Shown: positions 12,086-25,935 of the stretch, piece by piece
How the letters are laid out: each line of letters opens with the position of its first letter
How positions within the stretch are numbered: the first letter of the stretch is position 1
Assembly (NCBI RefSeq): GCF_963921235.1
Contig: NC_086109.1
Location: forward strand, 36,086,001-36,150,000
Source of the DNA: Mobula hypostoma
Lineage: Eukaryota
Length of the DNA stretch: 64,000 nt
Direction: 5' to 3'
Translations under genes and position numbers: made by a program
The notes under the pieces: model-generated
The model's database searches: none
Told to the model about the DNA's origin: nothing
The model's input: only the letters and a program-made list of their open reading frames with translations

Positions 12086-13724
12086 TAATGATGGTTAGCA
12101 CAGAGTAAGTGGAAGGGAGGAGATTGACAATGAGCATTTGGAGTGGCTAAATGATGAGCAGCCCACACAGGACATTTTGGATGATCTCCTTCCTTGGTCT
12201 TACTCTTCCTTTTCATCCTTTTCTTGCTGTTGTAGAGTAGTTAAGTGTGGTCTTGTACAGCATGCACAAGTCTTCCACCAAGTCTGGTAGTTGCTTCAGG
12301 GAGTCAATGTTCTGCTTTATTACATGTGTGAGGCAACATTTCTTCTGTTGCACATTCTGAAATATTCATGAGCATTCCTCATGTCTCTGCTATCGGCATT
12401 ACAGCAGCAAGAAATGATACCAGAGCAACTTCTAAGTGAAGATAACCTAATCTATGGCAACTTCCATATGGCACTGATGCAGTTTCGGTCAGAAACAGCA
12501 ATCAGTTGAGTTAAATATTTTACCGGTGCCACGTTCTTTCACAAGGCTGCCAGTTCAATTTCTGAAGGTATCTGAAAATAAATCAACTCCTATTTTAATT
12601 ACTGTCTATAAAAAGCACCTCTGTCTCATTCACAATTTTTCATACACTGGTTTAATCATTCTGAAAAAAATACACATTGATTAACATTGATCTAGATGTT
12701 TGCAAATAGTACTGCCAAACAAGACAATGCTATTTTTCCAATGCTTTTCTCATTCTTTTTCACCACATTAATGCTCTTCACTTCCAACATACAGCCTGTG
12801 CTAATGTCAAGGAATTAGGTGAGTCTAGTTGCTGTATTGTAGCAGCTTTGAAATGCCATGGCACATGCTGATACTTTACGTAACACAAAATGGGCAAACA
12901 TTCAGCTATCTAAGAAACACAAGCAGGTATCAGCTGACTTCTGAGTGTTGCAGCACAAGCTCAGGCTTCAGTCTGGCAAAAGAGGATTTGCCACATGAAT
13001 CTGAATCAAAGAGACTTTGAGGGTCTCTATCACTCAAGTATTCTGTTCTCCATTATATTCCTGGGATGGTACCAGCACTGTTCCACCAGAGTATGAATCA
13101 ACAACCATCTTTAAGGAATACTATTCATGAAGAAACATACACAATTGTGTGCAGATCGTTGATAGCTGATTCTCTTGTTTATTGATCTTTATTAGACATC
13201 ATTTAGGTTGATCTCAGGGTTCATGCTTTCATCACGTACTCAGCCAGCCTTCCTAAAATGATGTCATCCCTGGTGAAACTAGAGTCTAGAGATGGACGTG
13301 TGGGCCTTCCCTGATGTTGAAAGCTCTTTTCAGATGAGTCCACTGAAAGTCAACAGCTTTCCACCATTTATGGCGCAGACATTTGGGTAGCACTAAGAAT
13401 GAGCAAACAGACACAAATGAGAGGCAATTAAATGTATGTGCCATCATGCTCAGTCAGTGTTAATTTATTTAGTTCTTGATAGAAACCAGAATAATTATTT
13501 GTATGGGTTATATACCTAGAGCCATGTTAAATATGTGTCTGATCCTGAGACATCTCTGGTCATTAGTAATAATCAGGACGTGGATGGTGACAAAACCGTC
13601 AATAGAATTAAATGGAGTGTCAAGCGAAAGTAGTTAGATTCTATTCTATACAAGGTGACCATTGCTTGGCAATTATGTGTCACAGATATTACTTTTCACT
13701 TGTCAGCCCAAGTTTAAATTTTCA

Positions 13725-13810
13725 AAGAGCTAGAGGAACTCAGCAGATCAGGCAGAATCTAGGAAGGGAAATGGACAATCGATACTTTGGGTTGAGACAC
13801 TTCCTCTGTA
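13725..13810 (-). mobile_element. Degenerate Penelope terminal-repeat fragment
   Basis: gaggaactcagcagatcaggcagaatct matches the termini at 54902, 23407 and 61420. Confidence 0.55.
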
Positions 13811-14169
13811 CCTGACTCATCCCTCATGGTTAGACTCCTTCTCCCTGTACTTCTCTCCATCCTCTATTGTCCCTTCTGTCCATCATGGTAGAGGTTCCAG
13901 GAAATGGGCATCAATAGATCTTTTTTTGTTAGTTGAAGGATCATTTATTAGATAATTGGAGAATCCATCCTTAACCTCTTTAATAATTACAAATCTGTTA
14001 CACTGAGCTCCGTATTGAGGATTGACTTAAATGGAACTGAAGTGGGAGTATATTGGTTTTCACAGGATCTACGCATAACTAACACAACAGCTTCCATGAA
14101 TCATCATTAACTTTTATCTGGCAAAGTTGATGTTGTAAAGCATTATCTAGTACCAGTTCTGCCTACTTA

Positions 14170-14700
14170 GACTTATAGAAACATAGATTAATAAGGTTTG
14201 GAAATAAGCTCTTCAGCCCAACTCATGAACTCCCATTTGCCCAATTTGGCTCAAATCCCCACAAACCTTTCAATGCACTTGTCCAAGTATTATTTAAATG
14301 TTGTTATTGTATTTGCCTCAAATACTTCCTTTGGCACCACCCTCTCTGTGAAAAAGTTGCCTCTCTTGCCCCTTTTATATCATTCCCCTCTTACGTTAAA
14401 CATACGCTCTTTAGTTCTTGGCTCCCTTTTCTTGGGGAAAAATATGTGTATTTCGTTTATCTATGTCTTTCATGATTTTATCAGCTTCCATAGGATAATC
14501 CCTCACTCAATGAATAAAGTCCTAGCCTGTCAACTTCTTCCTGTATCTTAGGCTCTCATGTCCTGGCAACATTTTTGTAAGTCTTCTTTGCACTCTTTTC
14601 AGCTCAACTATTTCTTTTTTATAACAGGGTAAGCTAAAGTATACACAATACACCAATGCCTTGAACTTCAAGTGCAGCCTCATCAAAATCTTTTATAACT
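14170..14700 (-). mobile_element. Old CR1 LINE 3' fragment
   Basis: catagaaacatag-like tail at left, ccaccctctctgtgaaaaagttgcc, cctggcaacatttttgtaa: reverse complement of CR1 3' region. Confidence 0.7.
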
Positions 14701-16830
14701 TTTTGTGCAAACACAAAATGCCAACTAATTTGCTGGGTGTCGTGAATTGCCGACTTCAGAGAAATTTGGAAGAAAATTACCACCAATAAAACATTGCACA
14801 GCCTAATTCTACAGCTGCTATAGTCTTACATACTACTTCAAAAAGTATATATTGTCTAGATCACTTTTCCTTTCGAAATGTAATTCTCCAGTCCAACAAG
14901 AAATAGGACCAGAACATCATAAGAAATTCCGGGTTAACAACCATATACTGTATGTTATAATTTTAATTGCACCTTTTAACTTGTCATTACAATGATTCTG
15001 TATTTAAAATATGCAAAATACCCATTGCAGTCTATCTAAGTGGTGTCCCGTGAGGTTTTGTGGAATCTCATGAAAAGTTTAACCAATAAAAATTATGCTT
15101 TGGGGAGGCTTTTACGCCATGAACAATTAGAGAAGTTTTGATCTTCTTGAAGAGCATGGTATTTTGAAAGATAAAGAAATACTTTGTTATCCGCTTGTCA
15201 TGTCAAATAATGTTGCCTATAAATCCTGGCCAAGTTGTTAGTGTTATACGTGCTATGTATTAACAATGGAATTAACTTTTGGAAGTGGAAAGGAATGCAC
15301 TGTTGCTATTATGTAGTGCAGTTACTGTTGCCAACAGGGAATGAATTTCTATGCAAATTTCTTTTGGAAATAATATTTCAGTCAGGTATGTAAACTATTA
15401 CAGAGCTTTGTAAAAACCCCTTGTAAAATGTAACAATTAAATGGAAAATGTTGCAACCATATTTGCAGTATGAAAAGAATAATAATTAGCCATACTTTGT
15501 TCATCTTTTGTTTTTATTCTGGCAGAAATATAATTTCATTACATTTGAGACTTGCATCACCAAAAATTCTAAACAAAACTGCTTTACAAATGCTTCTCCC
15601 GGCTTTTGTGTTTATCAACCCTTTGCCCAATAGCTATTTCTTCAAACAATTATTCTGCGACAGATTGAAACCATTGTCAGAAAATGTTACTAATATTTCA
15701 AACAGTTCGGGTCAGATTGATGGACTTCAACCCATATTATGTTGCTATGATCTGTCTAAGTGTATGAGGATGGGGAAACTGTTCTACTGTCTAATGGGTC
15801 CACAGATATTAAGTTATATCTTGGAACGTCCACAGAAAACATTAGAACCTAGACAAGATAATTCAACAGCACTGCAGATCTGAAAACTACTGAGAAATGC
15901 AGTTTTTAGATGAGTTTAGTCTTTCTTTCTCTTTAGGTAAATATGTTTGATCCTGTCTTAACCTGACCTTAGAATGAACGGATAACAAGCAAGAACATCT
16001 GCTGATCGTTTCTTTCCCTATATCAAAAATTCTGAAGTTAATTGTAATGCCTTATGATTAACCTTGTCACAAGTGAATAATACAGCACCACAGCAGGATC
16101 AAAGGGTGATTTTTCATGATGGGTATAGTATGAGACATACATTTTGATACATTTACCAACTTATTTATTTTGAAAACAAAGAAATATATTGGTGTATCTC
16201 CCCCAGCAAGCCTCAGGGTCGCTCAACTCGTTGTTGTCCAGGGAAACAGCCCTTGGCCCTGCCAAACTGGTTAATTAGGTTTGTATGGATGCTGTGTGAT
16301 GTACCCCACCCTGCCAAATAACAGACAATACGCCACATACGATTAAATGAATTACAGTTTATAGATATTACTGGAACTATATAATTAATAGAGATAAAAT
16401 ATAAACGGAAAATAAAAGGCGCCACACTTATCAAAGTTCAATCTCTTCGTGCACAACCGTTGGAGCTCTAGTAACAATCCTCTCTTCACCATTTGATCCC
16501 CTCTGACCACCTCGACCTGCCGCCTGGGACCAACCATGGTGGTCGACCAGACGCTCCACATGAGTCTGTCTCCGTCTCCATTTTCCTCACCGAAGACCCT
16601 GGACCTCGGACTCCTGCTCGGGATCCGACCCCATTAGCCAGCTCACAGCACCTCGTCCATACTCCCTCTGTCCATCGTGCCTTCTCCCATCAAAACCCAC
16701 GCATCACAATAACTTACAGACACACTAGAAAGAATAACATCTATCTCAACTAGTTTGTTTGCTCTCTTATCATAATATAACCCAAACAACACCCATACAA
16801 GCTGCTAGCGAAATAACTTTCTCAGCAGTT

Positions 16831-16913
16831 AACATAACAAAGAAGCCATTTTAATTATAACATAACAAAGAAGCCATTTTAATTATAACATAACAAAGAA
16901 GCAATTTTAATTA
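16831..16913. repeat. 3 x 28 bp tandem repeat inside LTR
   Basis: aacataacaaagaagccattttaattat repeated three times (third with 2 changes). Confidence 0.95.
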
Positions 16914-17426
16914 GTCTACACAGTAAGATAAAAGAAGAAACCCCTTACACTCTCCCCCCACCAAATAAAGTCAAGTCCTCATGACATCTAAATAACTCGC
17001 CAACCAGTCCTGCAGACACAAAAACCCAATCCAGGTACACACAGTGACATTGTTCCCCAAACAGTGGACATTCCGCCCATCCACGGGCGCTACGTAGGCC
17101 AACTTATCTGGGAGCTTCCTAATCCTCCGAGACCTCCGTACCCCCTCACCTAAACCCTAAAGGCTCGGACACTACTAGGGATACCTCAAGTCTGCTTGCC
17201 AAATCTGCTCTCAATCTCTCACTCATGCCCCCACTGCCACTCGGAGCCCCCTGTCCCGTGTCCAGGGCCCCGCTTTTGTTCCTTCCCAGTTCTGCTGTAA
17301 CCCAGGCTGCCCAAAGTTAGCCCTCCCCACTACACCTGACTCAATGTGAGAAGGGCCAAAGGTCTCTTCCTCAATCACGGGGAAGTTAGCGAAAGGCAGC
17401 CTGTACCACATGTCCAGCACATCATC

Positions 17427-20265
17427 ATACATAGAACATAGAATAGTACAGCACAATACAGGCCCTTCGGCCCACAATGTTGTGCCGACCCTCAAACCCT
17501 GCCTCCCATATAAGCCTCCACCTTAAATTCCTCCATATATCTGTCTAGTAGTCTCTTAAACTTCACTAGTGTATCTGCCTCCACCACTGACTCAGGCATT
17601 GCATTCCACGCACCAACCACTCACTGAGTAAAAAACCTTCCTCTAATATCCCCCTTGAACTACCCACCCCTTACCTTAAAGCCATGTCCTCTTGTATTGA
17701 GTAGTGGTGCCCTGGGGAAGAGGCGCTGGCTATCCACTCTATCTATTCCTCTTATTATCTTGTACACCTCTATCATGTCTCCTCTTATCCTCCTTCTCTC
17801 CAAAGAGTAAAGCCCTAGCTCCCTTAATTTCTGATCATAATCCATACTCTATAAACCAGGCAGCATCCTGGTAAATCTCCTCTGTACCCTTTCCAATGCT
17901 TCCACATCCTTCCTGTCGTGGGACGACCAGAACTGGACATAGTACTCCAAGTGTGGCCTAACCAGAGTTTTATAGAGCTGCATCATTACATCGCAACTCT
18001 TTTACTCTATCCCTTGACTTATGAAAGCTAACACCCCATAAGCTTTCTTAACTACCCTATCCACCTGTGAGGCAACTTTCAGGGATCTGTGGACATGTAC
18101 CCCCAGATCCCTCTGCTCCTCCACATTACCAAGTATCCTGCCATTTAATTTGTACTCTGCCTTAGAGTTTGTCCTTCAAAAGTGTACCTCCTCACACTTC
18201 TCCGGGTTGAACTCCATCTGCCACTTCTCAGCCCACTTCTGCATCCTACCAATGTCTCTCTGCAATCTTTGACAATCCTCTGCACTATCTACAACACCAC
18301 CAACCTTTGTGTCATCTGCAAACTTGCCAACCCACCCTTCTACCCCCACATCCATTAATAAAAATCACGAAAAGTAGAGGTCCCAGAACAGATCCTTGTG
18401 GGACACCACTAGTCACAATCCTCCAATCTGAATGTAATCCCTCCACTATGACCCTCTGCCTTCTGCAGGCAAGCCAATTCTGAATCCACCTGGCTAAGGA
18501 TCCCATGCATTCTGACTTTCTGAATAAGCCTACCGTGTGGAACCTTGTCAAATGCCTTACTAAAATCCATATAGATCACATCCACTACACTACCCTCATC
18601 TATATGTCTGGTCACCTCCTCAAAGAACTCTATCAGGCTTGTTAGACATGATCTGCCCTTCACAAAGCCATGCTGACTGTTCCTGATCAGACCGTGATTC
18701 TCTAAATGCCCAGAGATCCTATCTCTAAGAATCTTTTCCAACAGCTTTCCCACCACAGACATAAGGCTCTCTGGTCTATAATTACCCGGACTATCCCTAC
18801 TACCTTTCTTGTACAAGGGGACAACATTCGCCTCCCTCCAATCCTCCGGTACCATTCCTGTGGACAACGAGGACATAAAGATTCTAGCCAGAGGCTCAGC
18901 AATCTCTTCCCTCAACTCATGAAGCAGCCCGGGGAATATTCCGTCAGGCCCTGGGGACTTATCCGTCCTAATGTATTATAACAACTCCAGCACCTCCTCT
19001 CCCTTAATATCAACATGCTCCAGAACATCAACCTCACTCATATTGTCCTCACCATCATCAAGTTCCCTCTCATTGGTGAATACCGAAGATATGTATTCAT
19101 TGAGGACCTTGCTCACTTCCACAGTCTCCAGGCACATCTTCCCACCTTTATCTCTAATCGGTCCTACCTTCACTCCTGTCATCCTTTTTTTCTTCACATA
19201 ATTGAAGAATGCCTTGGGGTTTCCCTTTACCCTACTCGCCAAGGCCTTCTCATTCCCCCTTCTTGCTCTTCTCAGCCCCTTCTTAAGCTCCTCTCTTGCT
19301 TCCCTATATTTCTCAATAGACCCATCTGATCCCTGCTTCCTAAACCTCATGTATACTGCCTTCTTCTACCTAACTAGATTTTCCACCTCACTTATCACCC
19401 ATGGTTCCTTCACCCTACCATTCTTTATCTTCCTTACAGGACAAATTTATCCCTAACATCCTGCAAGAGATCTCTAAACATCGCCACATGTCCATAGTAC
19501 ATTTCCCTGCAAAAACATCATCCCAATTTACACCCGCAAGTTCTAGCCTTATAGCCTCATAATTTTCCCTTCCCCAATTAAAAATTTTCCTGTCCTCAGA
19601 TTCTATCCTTTTCCATGATAATGCTAAAGGCCAGGAAGCGGTGGTCACTGTCCCCCAGATGCTTACCCACTGAGAGATCTGTGACCTGACCCAGTTCATT
19701 ACCTAGTAATAGATCTAGTATGGCATTCCCCCTAGTCGGCCTGTCGACATACTGTGACAGGAATCCGTCCTGGACACACTTAACAAACTCTGCCCCATCT
19801 AAACCCTTGGAACTAATCAGGTGCCAATCAATATTAGGTAAGTTAAAGTCACCCATGATAACAATCCTGTTATTTTTGCACTTTTCCAAAATCTGCCTCC
19901 CAATCTGCTCCTCTGTATCTCTGCTGCTACTAGGGGGCCTAGAGAATACCCCCAGTAGAATAACTGCTCCGTTCCCGTTCCTGACTTCCACCCATACTGA
20001 CTCAAAAAAGGATCCTGCTACATTACCCACCCTTTCTGTAGCTGTAATAGTATCCCTGACCAGTAATGCCACACGTTCTCCCCTTTTTCCACCCTCTCTA
20101 TCCCTTTTAAAGCACTGAAATCCAGGAATATTGAGAATCCATTCCTGCCCTGATGCCAGCCAAGTCTCTGTAATGGCCACTACATCATAATTCCATATAT
20201 GTATCCAAGCTCTCAGTTCATCACCTTTGTTCCTGATGCTTCTTGCATTGAGGTACACATTTCAC
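17427..20265 (-). mobile_element. CR1 LINE, ORF2 (APE endonuclease + RT) nearly complete, frameshifted
   Basis: YLNARSIRNK, VAITETW, MGDFNLP, SDH (EN); [38 protein letters not shown] (RT); (TTCTATG)n tail at 17427. Confidence 0.95.
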
Positions 20266-22143
20266 CTCCTCGGAAGTGTAGTCAAGCTCCCCTCTCTGGG
20301 CTTTCGGATTTCTGTTGGCCTTAGTCAGAGAGCTTTCATGTTCTTCCCCAACTAGCAAGTCTTCCAATCTTTTCTGGATCGATGACTTGAGTTTCTGCGG
20401 ATCCTTTCGAAGGTGGGTCATTGTTTCGTCTCTCTGGATTAATTCCTCAGTACCTGACTGCAGTGTCGGCTCGAAATTCTGTTTGACCACCTGGATTTTC
20501 ATCTTCAGGTCCACCACTGTCTGTTCCAACACCAGGAAGTTCAACTAGTATGTCGGGTCATTTTCCTCAGATTGCCCCAAACTCCGCTGGCCAAAAGCTA
20601 CTCCACATTTTACACTGCTTCAGTCGCTTTTCCCCGACCTGCCTCTTTCTCCAGACCTGGCACTCGTCCAAAGAAAGTTTTAATTCTTTAACTCTTTGTC
20701 GCCCGGGCTTCGCCACTCGCCTCGCACCATAGTCCCCGCAGGCGAATCCAAGCTCTAGGCGGTCATCCACATAAGCCAAAACTCCACACACCTTCACTTC
20801 CCCCAATGGTCTTCCTCATGCCCCGTAGGAAGGTTGCAGGGGCTCCGGATATGCCCTTTGGCATCCTTTCAGATCAGAAGAATCCTAGGGAACCAATAAC
20901 GGCCGTCTTCTCCTCATCAGCCTCACTCATTGGGATCTGGCAACATCCACTCCTCAGATCCAGCACATTAACCCACATCCTATAATCCACACACACGCTG
21001 CCTACGTCTTCCATGGCTCCAGGGTCCAGTCGCTGCAACCTCTCTCTCACCGAGGTGTCTTCAGCGGTCAACTCCCCTCCCTCATGGTATTTCGGAGCGT
21101 CTACTAAGAGGGTCTCACCCTCAGATACTTGCCCCAGGCCGTACCACCGCTGGGTCTCGCTTAAATTCGGTACCGGCTCAAGGCTGCTACACACGTCCTC
21201 AGAAGCAGCTCGACACGCTGGGTGCCCAGACAATGCCCCCATGAACTCCAGGGTCACTAACCAATCATCATCTCCTGGATAATCACTGGCACTGGTACTC
21301 CAAATCTCCAGTGCCCTTACGGTTGTCAAGGGTAAATGCTTCAGACACTGGTTGTAAAATGAACTGTACAACAACTTGACCTGCACCCCGGTGTCAAAGA
21401 TGGCTTCAGCATCGCTTCCATCTATCCATAACGACACCGTGGGGCATGGTCCCTCTAAGCCTTCAGGATTTGGGTCTTTTCCTTTCGGAAGTTCCTTGGT
21501 ACATTGCTAGGAATGTGCTCACCCAGAGACCCCAAGCTGTTCCCCCACTGGGCCTCCATTAAGTTTCCCAAAACCTTTCTGATCAGCTGAACAACTGAGG
21601 GAGGGGCTGATCCCCTGAAATGATCCCCCTGGCACTGCAAGCAATTTAACTGCCCTCTTAGCCAGAGAAGATACACTGAAAACTTTTCCCCCTCTTTCAG
21701 ATAACTGGCTGTTGTCACTACGGTGTAATTGAACCTGACAGTTCAAACACCATCAACAGCCTGCCGACTCAAACTTTCAACCAATCCCTGTTGCTGTCCC
21801 TCAGCCGAGCACTGCCACTCATCTAACAACTGAGAGATCCGCTCCGCCCACGTCTCGCACACCTCCGCCCCTTTTGGGGTGGACAATATCCCAAAAGACA
21901 GGCGGAGTTTTTATTCGTAGACACAATCTCTGAATCAGACCACTCTTTCCTCTCTCTCCCAATGGTATGGACAGCCCCAAGTCCCACCACCACCTCGTCA
22001 GCGCTAGTCTGAACTCGAACAAAGACCTCACCCAACATGCATGCAGCAATAACCAGCAAATAACCCACAGAGACACACATTACCGATTTAAACAGGGAAA
22101 CCACACAGCATGCCACTGAATCCAATCCGGACAAAAGCTCCCA

Positions 22144-23762
22144 AGGATTGGAGGGAGGCGAATGTTGTCCCCTTGTTCAAAAAAGGTAGTAGGGATAGTC
22201 CAGGTAATTATAGACTAGTAAGCCTTACGTCTATGGTGGGAAAGCTGTTGGAAAAGATTCTTAGCAATAGGATCTATGGGCATTTGGAGAATCATGGCCT
22301 TATCAGGGACAGTCAGCATGGCTTTGTGAAGGGCAGATCGGGTCTAACAAGACTGATAGAGTTCTTTGAAGAGGTAGCCAGGCATATAGATGAGGGTAGT
22401 GCAGTAGATGTGACCTATATGGATTTTAGTAAGGCATTTGACATGGTTCCACACAGTAGGCTTATTCAGAAAGTCAAAATGCATGGGATCCAGGGAAGTT
22501 TGGCCAGGTGGATTCAGAATTGGCTTGCCTGCAGAAGGCAGAGGGTCGTGGTGGAGGGAGTACATTCAGATTGGAGGATTGTGACTAGTGGTGTCCCACA
22601 AGGATCTGTTCTGGGACCTCTACTTTTCATGATTTTTATTAATGACCTTAATGTGGGGGTAGAGGGGTGGGTTGGCAAGTTTGCAGACGACACGAAGATT
22701 GGTGGTGATGTAGATAGTGTAGAGGATTGTCGAAGATTGCAGAGAAACATTGATAGGATGCAGAAGTGGGTTGAGAAGTGGCAGATGGAGTTCAACCCAG
22801 AGAAGTGTGAGGTGTTACACTTTGGAAGGACAATCTCCAAAGCAGAGTACAAAGTAAATAGCAGGATACTTGGTAGTGTGGAGAAGCAGACAGATCTGGG
22901 GGTACATGAGCACAGATCACTGAAAGTTGCCTAACAGGTGTATAGGGTAGTTAAGAAAGCTTATGGGGTGTTGGCTTTCATAGGTCAAGGGATAGAGTTT
23001 AAGAGTCGTGATGTAATGATGCAGCTCTATAAAACTCTGGTTAGGCCACAACTGGAGTACTGTGGCCAGTTCTGGTCGCCTCACTATAGGAAGGTTGTGG
23101 AAGCATTGGAAAGGGTACAGAGGAGATTTACCAGGAAGCCGTCTGGTTTAAAGAGTATGCATTATGATTAGAGATTAAGGGAGCTGGGGATTTAGTCTTT
23201 GGGGAGAAGGAGGATGAGAGGAGACATGATAGAGGTGTACAAGATAATAAGAGGAATAGATAGCCAGCCCCTCTTCCCCAGGGCACCACTACTCAATACA
23301 AGAGGACATGGCTTTAAGGTAAGAGGTGGGAAATTCAAAGGGGATATAGAGAAAGGTTTTTTACTTAGAGAGTGGTTGGTGCATGGAATGCACTGCCTGA
23401 GTCAGTCACAATACACTGGAGGAACTCAGCAGATAGCAGATCTGGCAGCATCCGTGGAAAAGATCGGTTGACGTTCCGGCCCGAAACATCGACCGATGTT
23501 TTCCATGGATGCTGCTCGACCTGCAGGGTTCCTCCAGCATGTTGAGAGCATTGCTTTGACCCCAGCTTCTGCAGATTATTTTGTGTTTGCTGCCTGAGTC
23601 AGTGGTGGAGGCAGATACACTCGTGAAGTTTAGGAGACTACTGGACAGGTATATGGAGGAATTTAAGGTGGGGGGTTATATGGGAGGCAGGGTTTGAGGG
23701 TCGGCACAACAATGTGGGCCGAAGGGCCTGTAATGTGCTGTACTATTCTATGTTCTATATTC
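22144..23762 (+). mobile_element. CR1 LINE, 5'-truncated RT and 3' UTR; same subfamily as 17427-20265
   Basis: ORF 22110-22934 DWREANVVPLFKKG...KFADDTKIGG; 3' UTR and tattctatgttctat tail. Confidence 0.95.
23407..23589. mobile_element. Palindromic Penelope-derived non-autonomous element inserted in CR1
   Basis: ctggaggaactcagcag...gcagcatccgtggaaaa / ttttccatggatgctgc...ttcctccagc arms; 14-bp TSD ctgcctgagtcagt (23393-23406, 23590-23603). Confidence 0.9.
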
Positions 23763-23779
23763 TAATATATTTCTAACTT

Positions 23780-24085
23780 GAAATGTACGTAGTGCACCGC
23801 ACAGGTAAACGGTAAACAGTACAGTAAACAGCTTGTTATCCTAGTGCTGAGAGCTCTGTGGTGGCAGGGTATTCATTAGGGAGGAAGCCGTTACTCACTC
23901 TGGCAGTCCTAGTCTTGTTGCTTCTGTACCTCCTACATGACAGTAGTGGGTCAAAGATATTGTGGGTAGGGTAGTAGGGACCCTCAACAATGCTTTGGGC
24001 CCTTCTTCTATAACGCTTCCCGTAAATGTCATAACTAGGGGGAGGGCAGCCCCAGTGATCTTCTCAGTGGATTTTGCTCTTATGG
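23780..24085 (-). mobile_element. Rex1-like LINE 3' fragment
   Basis: ggaggaagccgttact...ctgtacctcct motif shared with the other Rex1-like copies. Confidence 0.55.
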
Positions 24086-24229
24086 CTTTGAAATAAATCG
24101 GCATTAGTAGAAGTGCAAATGAATCACTGCTTCACCCGGATTGACTGCTTTGGTCCATGGATAGTGAAAAGGAAAAAGTGAAAGGAGAGGATTTGCATTT
24201 CTTCGATTTGCAAGGGAATGTCCCAGGTC

Positions 24230-24540
24230 CTCCACCTTACTTCTTCCAGTCTAATGTACTGAGTTTGGTGTTCACAGTATAATCTCCTCCACATTGGAGA
24301 AATGAAGCGAAGCTAGTGTGAGTGTATTGTACAGCATTTGCGTTTGGTTAACAAGAGTGAGCTAAACTTTTTGCTGCCTGCCATCTTAATTCATCGCCCC
24401 ATTCCCCTCTGATCTTCCTATCTGTGGCCTTCCCCACTTAATACAATGAGACCCAACACAAGTTAAAATAACAACATCTTCTGCCTAGGCAGCCTTGCAA
24501 GCTCAAAATTGAATTTTCAAACTTTAAGTAACTCACTCTT
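24230..24540 (+). mobile_element. Degenerate Penelope GIY-YIG fragment
   Basis: ctcctccacattggagaaatgaagcg, tctgtggccttcc, caacatcttctgcctaggcagccttg resemble the endonuclease region at 55188-55514. Confidence 0.5.
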
Positions 24541-24898
24541 TCAGTATGTATCAGAACTGGCCATTCCTACAAGTCATCATTTTGGCTCAATATTTCTTAT
24601 CAATTTTATATTGGTTGGTCTGCTGGACATGCAGCACAACCTCAATCTTACACAAAGAAGCTTACTGCTGCCATTGGCTTATTATTTGGACTCATCTTAT
24701 TAGAGGTAGTCCCTTTGTTCTACTCAGACATTCAAACCCTCACCCCCATTCTTTCTCCAACTTCCCCATTTCTGACAACATGTGCCAAACCTAAAATGTC
24801 TGTTGTACCTCAATTGATTCATTCTCATCTCTGTGCAACCGTTATGGGTTCAAAATCCGCTCAAAGATTTAATGACAACAACCTAGCTTGAAAGAAAG

Positions 24899-25110
24899 AA
24901 CACAAGAGACCGTAGATACCTGTGCCTGGAGCAACAGGCGATCTGCTGGAAGAACTCAACGGGTCACACAGCAACTGTGGGAGGAGAAAACTTGCTGAGG
25001 TTTCCAGTCAAACCCCATATCAGTGCTGAAACTTTGTCCTGAAACAATAATTCTTTTTCACTCAAGAATACAGCTCAACCCATTGAGTTCTTCCAGCAGA
25101 TTGCTTGATA
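24899..25110. mobile_element. Old palindromic Penelope-derived element
   Basis: atctgctggaagaactcaacggg ... cccattgagttcttccagcagat inverted arms. Confidence 0.7.
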
Positions 25111-25693
25111 ATCTACTTTGCCAATTCGAACACGACAGAAGAAGATATGCTCAGTCAGAGATTCCTTTGATCAGATTAGCCAAACAAAAACTATGACAAC
25201 CCTCTCAGACACAACACCTCCACAGCATTATTTTAGGGGGAAGAAAGCAAGTAACTCATCAATTTTTATCCCTCTGACAATTTTACCCTAGTCATATTAT
25301 CAGAGATCATAGCATTGTTGTTTGTGACAACTTCCCTTTGCATAAGTTGGCTCTTGAATTTCCTACATTGCAACAGTGACAGCAGATCAAAAGCACTAGC
25401 ATGAAAGGCAGTGGAACATCCTATGATTGGGTTATGCTTTATCTAAATGCAAATCTATTTTTTTTATTCACTGTGGGATACAATTAAAAATATGTGTGAT
25501 CAAGAGGAAACCGTAATGTGCTCAAGGATTTGTCCTACAAAATGAATGTAATGAAAGTCTCTTGTGGTACTGCAGTTTCTCCAATGTGACATCTCTTTAA
25601 GAAAATTTTGCAAACAACTATGGTATCTATTTGCAGTCATGGTATGTTTACATAGAGAAATAAAGACTAATTGTTGTAATTGGAACCAATAAC

Positions 25694-25935
25694 TTAATAG
25701 GCATCCGTTAGTCTCATGAGACTATGGATTTGCACCTTGGAAGGTTTCCAGGGCGCAGGCCCGGGCAAGGTTGTATGGAAGACCAGCAGATGCCCATGCT
25801 GCAAGTCTCCCCTCTCCACGCCACCGATGTTGTCCAAGGGAAGGGCACTAGGACTGATACAGCTTGGCACCAGTGTCGTCACAGAGCTATGTGTGGTTAA
25901 GTGCCTTGCTCAAGGACACAACACGCTGTCTCAGC
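25694..25935 (-). mobile_element. SINE fragment
   Basis: Minus strand contains gttgtgtccttgagcaaggcacttaacc, a typical vertebrate SINE2 core motif, followed by a LINE-like tail. Confidence 0.6.

Larger units (their letters stand above)
16193..22143 (-). mobile_element. Gypsy LTR retrotransposon, internally deleted, lacking 5' LTR, interrupted by CR1
   Basis: 3' LTR 16193-16949 (TGTA..TACA), PPT GGTGGGGGGAGAG at 16950-16962, protease AIFDTG, RT motifs [34 protein letters not shown]-like gag remnant KEGEKFSVYL; degenerate tRNA-Pro-like PBS at about 22124-22142. Confidence 0.85.

Noticed and set aside
12440..12500. Minus-strand RNCISAIW resembling opsin FRNCM
   Set aside because: No acceptor and no CCGKNP; better explained as decayed LINE sequence or chance.
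15470..15883. 137-aa ORF
   Set aside because: No domain resemblance or splice support; AT-rich intergenic sequence.
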